A program made the translations under genes and the position numbers. A stretch of 60,988 nt of DNA, counting the filler, from Chloroflexota bacterium (lineage in GTDB: Bacteria; Chloroflexota; Chloroflexia; QHBQ01), in NCBI GenBank assembly GCA_043754535.1. It is 6 parts of 5 records of this genome, joined end to end, with 100 filler letters (N's around TTAATTAATTAA, not from the genome) between each part and the next. Parts side by side here need not be neighbours in the genome. Positions count along the whole stretch, not along the records: positions 1 to 7,936 come from JAYUUN010000121.1; positions 8,037 to 31,646 come from JAYUUN010000122.1; 4 more parts are not named here. One strand, written 5' to 3'. The notes under the pieces were generated by a model. It was not told where the DNA came from, ran no database searches, and saw nothing but the letters and a program-made list of their open reading frames with translations. Within the stretch, counting starts at the first letter, position 1. Each line of letters opens with the position of its first letter. This document shows, piece by piece, positions 1 to 8,038 of the stretch.

Positions 1-2
1 AG

Positions 3-3000
3 GAAGCTAAGGACGGCATAGCCCCAGGGCAGTGGGTGGGCTACAGCGTGGTGCAGCAGCCCGCCCCCGCCAGCTACAGTTGGTTGCGGGTGGACAGCAG
101 CGGCGATCCCAACCCGCACGTGATAGTTGGCGACCACGAAATCCAGTGGCAGTCCTTGCCCCTGCTCAGTATCGGCCACACCACCTTCGTGCTAACCGCC
201 CCCACGCCCACCCCAACCAACAGCCCGACGGCGAGCAGTACTGCGACCAACACCAGCACTGCCTACCCACCTTACCCGACACAGGTGCCGAACACCCCAC
301 GTCCCAGCCTCACTCCCGCCTCGACGCTGACTCCACGAGGCACGCCACCGCCCGACCCCAGTTGGACGGCGACGGCTACTGAGACGGTGCTACCGACCGA
401 GACGGCGACGGCCACGCCTAGCCTCTACCCCTACCCGACCAACAGCCCCTACCCAACCGAGCCGCCACTGCCAACCAACACGCCCTACCCAACCACCACC
501 CCTTACAACTGCGGTAATGAGTACTGCACCGCCACGCCGACGGTAACTCCCGCCGATTGTGGGGCGACCACTTGCACGCCGACCGCGACCGCCCAGGCCA
601 CTAACACCGCCACGCCAACGGTAGACGCGACTGGCACCTGCATTGCCGCTGGCAACTGCGCTGGTGGCACCGCCACAACGACCCCGAACGCGACTGAGAC
701 CTGCGTTGCCGCTGGTAACTGTGCTGGCACAGCCACGACGACCCCGAACGCGACCCAGACTTGTATTGCCGCTGGTAACTGTGCTGGTGGCACGCCCACG
801 GCAACCCCACCAGGGGGCAACTACAGCGACCACCTCAGCGGCCTCGTCCAACAGCAGAACGGCCAGCCCGTGGCTAACGCCCACCTGCTGATCTTCGCGG
901 TCTTCAGCGGTCAGGCCAGCCCGACCCTGACCAGCCTGGACAGCAGCAGTACGGGTGCCTGGCAGTTCGACATCCCCCGCCCGCAGCCCCCGACCGGCCT
1001 CAGCTTCGATGGCTACCAGGTCTTCCTCCAGCCCTCCTCCACGCTCGCGCCCTTTAGCATCGTTCTCAGCGACAGCACCGCTAGCGAGATCGGCAACAAC
1101 CACAACATGGTTGAGTACCGGCCCACCAGCTTCGGCCAGTCGTACAACAGCCTGGGCAAGACGCTGTTCATCGTAGCCTACGCGAACGCTACTCCAAACG
1201 CCACCCAGACCTGTATCGCGGCGGGCAACTGTGCGGGCGGCACGCCGACGGCAACCCCCAACGCCACCCAAACCTGTATCGCGGCGGGCAACTGTGTGAA
1301 CGGCACCGTTACTTCTACTCCAAACGCCACCCAGACCTGCATCGCGGCAGGTAACTGCTCTGGCACCGCGACCGCCCCTGCGCCCAACCTGACTGCCACC
1401 TGCCAGGCCAACCCAGCCTGCTCCGGCACGGCTACGAGTGTGGCGGCGACCAGCACAGCCTACCCCACCCAGATACCCTATACTCCCTATCCAACCAACA
1501 CGCCCCGCCCGACCAGCACGCCCCAACCCACTGCCGCCGTCGGCCAGGTGCAAGATACCGTTGGTGGCGACGTGCGCACGACCAGCGGCAGCCTGATCAC
1601 CAGCAGCATCACCCTGCAACCACAGAGCGTGATGCGGGTGGCGGGTCAACTGGTCTATACCAACCTGCCCGCCATCCAGTCGGGCGCGGACGGCAAATGG
1701 CAGTTCAGCAACAACCGCTGGCGGATGGACGGACGCAGCCAGTCTTTGACCGCGCTGCTCTCAGCCCAGCAACTAACCGAGGCGGGCAGTTGGGCGGGCT
1801 ACCGCGTGCTGGTTCAGTTGCCCAGTGGCACGGTGGCCTGGGACTTCCAGCCCCTCCAGCCGCCTGCGACGAAAGTCAATGCCTTCACTGGCGATTGGCC
1901 GCTCTCGGCAGCTGACCCTGCTTACGTACAGCCAATGGCCGGTCGCTTCGTCCTCCAGGTGCCGACCACACCAGCCACAGCGCAGGCAACTACCAGCGCA
2001 ACCATCGTGCCGACCACTACCTCGTCTACCCCCGCCAGCCCGACCACCGTGGTCAACGTTACCTACAAGAGCAGCCCCATCGCTGCCCCGACCGAGAACA
2101 TCAATGTGCCTGGCCTGCCTAAAACCGCTCACCAGCCAGGCTCGAACGCCCCGGTCAACACCGAACCAGGCGACACTGGCGGTCTCCCCGCTAGCTTCTG
2201 GCTGATCCTCAGCCTCGGTATGGGAACAATTGCCCTGAGTCTGGCTGTTACCCTCGCTGGCGGTAAGATCATCGCCTTCTTCCACTCTCACTCCTTATCG
2301 GACGGCAAGCCAATGTCTAGCCCAGCCAAGAACAGAACTCCCCGCAGAGGGGTCAAGTCAGCCGTCACTGCTCGCTCGATGGAGGAAATCGAACGCGAGC
2401 GAGCAGTGATGCTTGCGGCCCTGGAGCAGCTTGAAGTCGAAGCTAAAGTGGCCGCTCACCTTCAGGCAATCCAGGCTGAGATTGCGGAGATTGAAGCCAG
2501 GTTCTCGCAGCGGGCAACCCGGCGGGCAGAACTGGCGGCCTCTTACAACTCCCTTACCTATGTGGGATTGCCCCCCGCCGCCAACGAACTGAATGCGGCA
2601 GCCGTACTTCAGCATCTGCTGACCGCAGACACTAGCGCAGACACTAGCGCAGACACTAGTGCAGACACTAGCGTACCGGTTGTTCTACCACCCACAATAG
2701 CACAGGCTACTGCCAGCGAGGCAGCGACCCAGCTTGCCGACCTGAACACTACCCCGCTGGCAGAGTTCGAGTCGTACCTGGCCCGCCTGCCGTTCTCGGC
2801 TCGTCGTTCTAAGTGGCTGCGGCCCCAGCAACGGAATGGACCATTGCTGGGGCGGCAGCAGCCCCGTATGCTAGCCCCTGGCAAAGCCGCCTCCGTCAGC
2901 CTAAGCGACGCAGCACTGGTAGCCCTTGCACCTGCCCCGCTGCCCAGCGATCCACCCCGTGGTGGTGAGGTGCCGTCCTTCCTCCCTCATATCGATCCAC

Positions 3001-4406
3001 GAGCCGTAAGGCCCGCCACTATACCTCTGGTCGCGGACGATCAGCCTCAGCCGCTGGCCGACCAGTTGAGCAGCCAGCCCGCACTACCAACCGGGGCGCA
3101 ATCGCTGGAGAGTAACCTCAAACCCAACAATCCAACCAAGCCACTACTGACCAGCGTCCCTGCTGCTATGGCTACAGGATCACCCGACTATACACATGAG
3201 GCTGCACTACTGCCGCAGTTTAGTACAGCGGCGGCAGTAGTGCAGCCCGTTATAGCTCTGGCTGACACAACCCAACCGACCAGCCTGAGCGGGTCAGGCT
3301 CAGACGTAGGTCAACGAGGTAGGCAGGCTCAGCAATCGTCCCGGCAGCAGCCCCCTCCCCCTGGCCGCGAGGGGCGGCTCCACACCTGGCTGCTAGCCGC
3401 TACCCTGCTAGTTTGCTTGATGATCTGCTCCCTGGCTGGGGGGGTTTACCTCGACACTCACGCAAAGGAGGAAGCGAACACCATGTCAGATAGCCTGGCC
3501 TTCGCTCCCACCGCCACTGCCACCAGCCATTATCCAATATTGGCAACTGCTACCAGTTTCAATCGTGCCTCATCGGTACTGGCTACCGCCACCAGTCTCA
3601 GCTACGCTGCCAGTGCGGTCGCTACCAAACCAGCGGTGCCTACCTCAACCCCGCTGCTATCAGCAGCAAGCGTAGTAGTCGCTTCACCGACCGATCCGCC
3701 TGCTCCCCTCCTCGCAACCACTACGCTTGTTCCTCTGCTCGCCACATCAACCGCCACACCAACCGCTAGCCCCTTGCCTTCGGCCACTGAGCCGAAGGTA
3801 GACCCACCAGCGGTAGTCGCCAATCGGCAGCAGCCGAAACCACAAGCCTCTGCCGTGCCAACCGCCACTGCACCGCCTGAACAAAACAGTGGGGCTGAGG
3901 TTGCTAGCCAGCCCACCCCCGATGACAGTCATAGTGCGGCTCAGGTCACGCACCTGACCATCGCGCCCATCGCCCTGGACAGCGCGGTGGCAGTGGTCAG
4001 CTACCGTCCGGTAATGGGCAAGGACAGCCACGGTGATGCAGTGCAACTGCGAGACAAGAACGGCAATCTACGTTGGAAGTGGTTGACCCACGCTACTCTG
4101 CCAGGGCTACAAACCCCAGGCATCGGCTGCGGCGAGGCGGGCAATATTACGCTATCAGGCCACGATTGGGGTAGCAGCGGCATCTTTGTCAACCTGAAGA
4201 AGATGCAGAAGGGTGACCAGCTTATCTGCCGGGCCGCCGACGGTACCACTGCCACCTACACCTTCTTTGTGGTCAACGAGGATGCGGCCAAGAGCGACTA
4301 CACCATTGACGACCTGCGTCCAGGTGAGCAACGTACTATCACGTTGTACACCTGCAACCGTACTGGCACTGAGCGACGGGTGTTCGTCGCTCGGCTTATC
4401 ATCTAG
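3..4406 (+). CDS. Giant surface protein-sortase fusion (5' partial): Thr/Pro-rich and Cys-repeat ectodomain, LPxT-like signal + TM, cytoplasmic region, second TM, C-terminal sortase domain
   Basis: Frame is open from base 3 to the GTG at 36. C-terminus has the sortase pattern GNITLSGH..IFVNL..MQKGDQL..TITLYTC..ERRVFVA (His/Cys/Arg). LPKTA at 2115-2129 and PGDTG at 2166-2180 precede the hydrophobic FWLILSLGMGTIALSLAVTLAG; second TM is WLLAATLLVCLMICSLAGGVYL. Confidence 0.85.
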   Translation, partial: EAKDGIAPGQWVGYSVVQQPAPASYSWLRVDSSGDPNPHVIVGDHEIQWQSLPLLSIGHTTFVLTAPTPTPTNSPTASSTATNTSTAYPPYPTQVPNTPRPSLTPASTLTPRGTPPPDPSWTATATETVLPTETATATPSLYPYPTNSPYPTEPPLPTNTPYPTTTPYNCGNEYCTATPTVTPADCGATTCTPTATAQATNTATPTVDATGTCIAAGNCAGGTATTTPNATETCVAAGNCAGTATTTPNATQTCIAAGNCAGGTPTATPPGGNYSDHLSGLVQQQNGQPVANAHLLIFAVFSGQASPTLTSLDSSSTGAWQFDIPRPQPPTGLSFDGYQVFLQPSSTLAPFSIVLSDSTASEIGNNHNMVEYRPTSFGQSYNSLGKTLFIVAYANATPNATQTCIAAGNCAGGTPTATPNATQTCIAAGNCVNGTVTSTPNATQTCIAAGNCSGTATAPAPNLTATCQANPACSGTATSVAATSTAYPTQIPYTPYPTNTPRPTSTPQPTAAVGQVQDTVGGDVRTTSGSLITSSITLQPQSVMRVAGQLVYTNLPAIQSGADGKWQFSNNRWRMDGRSQSLTALLSAQQLTEAGSWAGYRVLVQLPSGTVAWDFQPLQPPATKVNAFTGDWPLSAADPAYVQPMAGRFVLQVPTTPATAQATTSATIVPTTTSSTPASPTTVVNVTYKSSPIAAPTENINVPGLPKTAHQPGSNAPVNTEPGDTGGLPASFWLILSLGMGTIALSLAVTLAGGKIIAFFHSHSLSDGKPMSSPAKNRTPRRGVKSAVTARSMEEIERERAVMLAALEQLEVEAKVAAHLQAIQAEIAEIEARFSQRATRRAELAASYNSLTYVGLPPAANELNAAAVLQHLLTADTSADTSADTSADTSVPVVLPPTIAQATASEAATQLADLNTTPLAEFESYLARLPFSARRSKWLRPQQRNGPLLGRQQPRMLAPGKAASVSLSDAALVALAPAPLPSDPPRGGEVPSFLPHIDPRAVRPATIPLVADDQPQPLADQLSSQPALPTGAQSLESNLKPNNPTKPLLTSVPAAMATGSPDYTHEAALLPQFSTAAAVVQPVIALADTTQPTSLSGSGSDVGQRGRQAQQSSRQQPPPPGREGRLHTWLLAATLLVCLMICSLAGGVYLDTHAKEEANTMSDSLAFAPTATATSHYPILATATSFNRASSVLATATSLSYAASAVATKPAVPTSTPLLSAASVVVASPTDPPAPLLATTTLVPLLATSTATPTASPLPSATEPKVDPPAVVANRQQPKPQASAVPTATAPPEQNSGAEVASQPTPDDSHSAAQVTHLTIAPIALDSAVAVVSYRPVMGKDSHGDAVQLRDKNGNLRWKWLTHATLPGLQTPGIGCGEAGNITLSGHDWGSSGIFVNLKKMQKGDQLICRAADGTTATYTFFVVNEDAAKSDYTIDDLRPGEQRTITLYTCNRTGTERRVFVARLII
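627..1430 (+). repeat. Two blocks of ~20-21 aa coding repeats, PNATQTC(I/V)AAGNC(A)GGT (6 copies plus 1 degenerate)
   Basis: Three copies at ~627-812; three copies plus TCQANPAC at ~1197-1430; a non-repetitive domain lies between the blocks. Confidence 0.9.
2625..2672 (+). repeat. 12-bp tandem repeat GCAGACACTAG(C/T) x4, encoding ADTS x4
   Basis: Read directly from the sequence. Confidence 0.95.
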
Positions 4407-4424
4407 CAGATTGGAGTAGGTAGG

Positions 4425-4796
4425 ATGAGCGACCAGCCCACAAAGCAACCAGCACAAGCCCGACCCGCCGACAGCAACGAACTGCGCTCGGCACTGCGGC
4501 ACATCTCGCCGACCGACTTCGCCCAATTCGCTACCCTGTGGCAGCATCAGCATGACGCTGACCTTCAGGAGGCTCTCCTGGCGGAGCAGGAGCAACTTGA
4601 CCAGGAAGATGCAGTAGACCGCGCCCGTCTTGCCCAGCTCGAAGGCTGGCTACTCGACCCTGCTAGCAGGCCAGCAGAGTTGTTCGCTACCCCTCCTGTT
4701 GGGGCCAGCTTATCTTCTTTTCAATCGTCAATCGTCAACCGTCAATTGCCACGCACTTACACTCACAATCGCCGCACATTCCTTACAACCATCTGA
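4425..4796 (+). CDS. Hypothetical protein with coiled-coil character
   Basis: ATG 18 nt after the previous stop, with GGAG upstream; acidic helical segment LQEALLAEQEQLDQED. Confidence 0.65.
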   Translation: MSDQPTKQPAQARPADSNELRSALRHISPTDFAQFATLWQHQHDADLQEALLAEQEQLDQEDAVDRARLAQLEGWLLDPASRPAELFATPPVGASLSSFQSSIVNRQLPRTYTHNRRTFLTTI

Positions 4797-4807
4797 GACA
4801 AACCATC

Positions 4808-5866
4808 ATGAGTAGCCCCCTACCGCCCGACAGCCCGAACCAGAATCGTCCTCTCAGCCCCGCTGAGCGGGAGCGGCTGCGTGACCTCGACCAGCAGATC
4901 GGGGTCTTGGAGGATCAGGAGCGGGCCGTGCTGGCCTGGCTGGACGCGCCACCACCTGCTGAGGTGCGAATGCCGGGGGCGGATGAGGCGATCCTGATCC
5001 CACTACCGGAAGGCGACCTGGGAATGTTGGCCCAGGACAGCAGCCTGCTACGCGTGACGCTGCGGGCCGCTACTCCGCGCACGGCTCAGGAAGTGCGCGA
5101 CGCAGCTGGGGAGCGGGCGCAGGCAGTAGTCGCCCCCTTGCGTGGGCTGTCCGCTCAGATAGCAAAGCTACAAACCTACCGCCGCCAACTGATCGGCGGT
5201 ACCGCCCTGCTGTTCGTGTTGGCAGCGGGCCTCTACCTCTACCGCGTCAACAGTGGGCCGCAAGCAGGCAGCGAGCCACCTACTATCGTAGATTCTGCGC
5301 GGGCGACGCTGGTGGCGGTAGAGCTGACTCCGCTCTCCTCCCCAACGCCGATCCCGACCGTCACCCTACCACCGCCATCACCCACCGCCCTGCACGGCAG
5401 CTACCTGCCGCCCGACAGCATTCGCATCCAGGTAGCAGATGGTAAGCCAGTGGATTTGTACTTGCGGCCCGCCCGCTCGCTGTCGGGCGGCAGGCTGCTG
5501 ATCTACCCACCCGACGGCCAGTACGCCTACCAGTATGGTCCCTACCCACAGGAAGGAGGCAACACCGTAATTCTAGGGCGGTGGGAGGATTGGGGGCCAC
5601 TGCTGGCGATCCTGCGGATCAACGACCGGGTTCCAGTCACGATCCGCACCGCGCAAGACTTGCCGCAGCGTGGCAGCGTCGCCCCTACTCATTTCTACAT
5701 AGTGACTGCCTGTGACCTGCATGGCGAGACCCTCTGCCCGGTCGATCCCGCCTACACCCCCCTGCTTGGTCAATCCCCACAGGGACAATCCATGCTCACC
5801 ATCATCGTTGGTCGAGCAGGCCAAAACTACTACCTGCGAGCGGTCGCCCCCCGCAGTACACCGTAA
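4808..5866 (+). CDS. Membrane-anchored sortase-fold protein lacking the catalytic His/Cys (pseudo-sortase)
   Basis: Coiled-coil N-terminus, TM (LIGGTALLFVLAAGLYLY), Pro/Thr linker, then PDSIRI..YPP..PQEGGNTVILGR..LRINDRV..FYIVT..VDP..MLTIIVG..YYLRA, which follows sortase motif order. Confidence 0.6.
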   Translation: MSSPLPPDSPNQNRPLSPAERERLRDLDQQIGVLEDQERAVLAWLDAPPPAEVRMPGADEAILIPLPEGDLGMLAQDSSLLRVTLRAATPRTAQEVRDAAGERAQAVVAPLRGLSAQIAKLQTYRRQLIGGTALLFVLAAGLYLYRVNSGPQAGSEPPTIVDSARATLVAVELTPLSSPTPIPTVTLPPPSPTALHGSYLPPDSIRIQVADGKPVDLYLRPARSLSGGRLLIYPPDGQYAYQYGPYPQEGGNTVILGRWEDWGPLLAILRINDRVPVTIRTAQDLPQRGSVAPTHFYIVTACDLHGETLCPVDPAYTPLLGQSPQGQSMLTIIVGRAGQNYYLRAVAPRSTP

Positions 5867-5872
5867 AACTAA

Positions 5873-5896
5873 CCCCGCAACAGGCGACCTGCGGGG
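5873..5896 (+). other. Intergenic hairpin directly upstream of the pilin gene
   Basis: CCCCG-caa-CAGG cga CCTG-CGGGG; no U-tract, so possibly an mRNA stability or processing element. Confidence 0.45.
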
Positions 5897-5946
5897 GCAA
5901 CTGCGACCAACATCAACCAACATATAGTCCCTATAGGAGGATTCTC

Positions 5947-6303
5947 ATGTTTGACCGTCTTTTTATTCTCTACAACCTGGCGGTCAGCAGTGCGCTGACC
6001 TTGCTGACCACCAGGCTGCCCCAGGTGTTCGGCGTAGACATCAGCCCTCCGCAACTCCTGCGGAACCTTGGCACCTTTCTGGTTTCGGCGATCACTAACA
6101 ACCTGGTTGGCATCGGGGGGGTAGTGGGCGCACTCGCCGCCGGCGGCATAATTGCGTCAGGTTTCGCTGGTAATCGTGGCCCCCGCGACTACGCCGTTAA
6201 CCTGATCAAGTGGGTGATTATCGGCGTGGTTGCGCTGTCCGCTATTGGCGGCGTGATCACCTTCGCCACCAACGGGATCACGACCGGCACCGCCGGTTCG
6301 TAA
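5947..6303 (+). CDS. VirB2/TrbC-like conjugative pilin
   Basis: 118 aa; strong RBS AGGAGG at 5935-5940; leader followed by two Gly-rich hydrophobic helices separated by a short basic loop (FAGNRGPRDYAVNLIKWVIIG). Confidence 0.65.
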   Translation: MFDRLFILYNLAVSSALTLLTTRLPQVFGVDISPPQLLRNLGTFLVSAITNNLVGIGGVVGALAAGGIIASGFAGNRGPRDYAVNLIKWVIIGVVALSAIGGVITFATNGITTGTAGS

Positions 6304-6340
6304 GTCGGTAGTCCGTTCCGTCCAGAGAGGAAGACCAACT

Positions 6341-7936
6341 ATGCAGCAGCAAGAGACGACGCAAGACAGCAGCCCGGAAGTCAGCAGGCAGGATCGCCGC
6401 GCCGGTCGCCTGTCAACGCTTGGCCTCTTGCTGTTGCTGGCAATACCGTTCGGGGTCAGTGGCTGCCAGAGCTGGCAGGATATCAAGTCCCTACCGACCG
6501 ACCCACTACCCACCGTCCAAATCCAACCTATGACCCCGGTACCTCAAACGCCAGTGGTGGCACCCCTACCGACCTTTGTTACCAACCAGAACTTCCCGAT
6601 CAAACCTGCTCAGGGACAACCGGGTGGACCTGCTGGCTGCTACGACAATACCTCATTCTGGCCGATGCAGTGGCTACGCGACATCGGTGCGTTCTTCCTC
6701 GACAAGATGATGGGCGGGTTGATCTACGGCACCTACGGCCTGTTCAGTCTGGCGGTCAACACTGGCTCCGCCCCAGTTGATCAGCCCGTGGTAATGAAGG
6801 TCTTCATGGTGATGTGTGGGGTAGCCTACGGCCTTGTCACCTTCAGTGGCCTTTGGCTTGTGATCAAGATGTTCGGTCGGGGCTTCGGCTTCGTCCGCAC
6901 CCTTAACCTGGGCCAATATTTCGGCAACCTCATCCTGGTACTGGTGCTGATCCTACCAGTAGGTGATTACCCACTACTCGCCTACGGCGCATCAGTGCCA
7001 GTCACGTTGGCGGGTAAAGCGTTCGTTATCCTGATCAACTCAAGCTCGACCGCTGCTGGTGGGGCCGCCTTCACCGACATGGCGAACCCCTACACCCCAG
7101 CGGGCGGGAGCCTACGGATGAACCCAGCGATCTCCACCGATGGTACTCACCGCGACAACAATCTTGACTGCTCGGTGCTAGACAACCCTATGAAGATCGG
7201 CACCGGCTTTGGGGTGAGCTTCGGCTTCGGCCTGCTGGCACTGGTTTGGATGCTCTACATCCCAATGGTGTTCATTCTGTTCATGATCTCGCCGGTGGCG
7301 TTCGCCCTGCGCTGCTACGAAGAAGCTACTGGGTACTACCAGCAGTGGCAAACAAGTTACTTGCAGTCGGTTGGCAGCATCGTGCCGGTCGGTTTCGTCT
7401 TGCTGGTGGTAGGAGCATTTGTGGGGGCGGTCACCTCCTCCTCCGACCCCTCCGCTATCCTGCTAGCGATCCTGATTACCCTGATCTGCCTGTTCCTGGC
7501 CTTCAAGCTGGCCTGGGGGATGCTCAAGGGGGCAGGGCAGCGAGTGCAGCGATTGGTGTCGCAGCGTAGCGAGATCAGCAAAGAGACGATCAGAGGGGAG
7601 AAAGCACGACTGGCGGTGAGCGGCGGTGAGCAGACCGTCCCCAATTTCAGAGTGGCAGCCCCTAGCCTCAGTCTAGCCAGTCCAGGCAGCGGCGGCAACC
7701 AGTTTGGTCTGCCTCAGCCAATGCAGATGCAGTACGCCAACCAGCCCCAGACCAGTTACCAACTTCCTCCGCTGGAAGCTGGGTCAGGGGGAGTAGCTGG
7801 TTACGGCAATCTGAGCGGAGGTGGTTACGGTATGGCGGCCAGCTACCCCCCGGTTCCAGCCCAGGCAGTAGCTGAGCTGACCCGCAGCCTCAGTCTCGAA
7901 CGGGTGCTGCAAAACCAGCGCGGCCCGCTCTATACC
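6341..7936 (+). CDS. VirB6/TrbL-like polytopic membrane protein (3' partial)
   Basis: Possible lipobox GVSGC, multiple TMs with a central loop, ISPVAFAL..YYQQW motif, Gly/Gln-rich tail; directly follows the pilin-like gene. Confidence 0.55.
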
Positions 7937-8036
7937 NNNNNNNNNNNNNNNNNNNNNNNNNNNNNNNNNNNNNNNNNNNNTTAATTAATTAANNNNNNNN
8001 NNNNNNNNNNNNNNNNNNNNNNNNNNNNNNNNNNNN
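7937..8036. other. Artificial contig spacer
   Basis: 44 N + TTAATTAATTAA (stops in all six frames) + 44 N. Confidence 0.99.
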
Positions 8037-8038
8037 CC

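Noticed and set aside
627..1430. ~60-bp repeats as CRISPR or DGR template/variable repeats
   Set aside because: Differences are mostly synonymous third positions, so these are protein repeats; no reverse transcriptase or adenine-specific pattern seen.
390..1649. Long antisense ORFs (also 28611-29786, 41983-43116, 38135-38896, 19581-20303)
   Set aside because: They overlap well-supported genes on the opposite strand, as expected with high GC3.
7937..8036. TTAATTAATTAA palindrome repeated five times within N runs
   Set aside because: Artificial six-frame-stop contig linker; ORFs ending in X..LIN and any cross-spacer gene neighbourhoods are artefacts.
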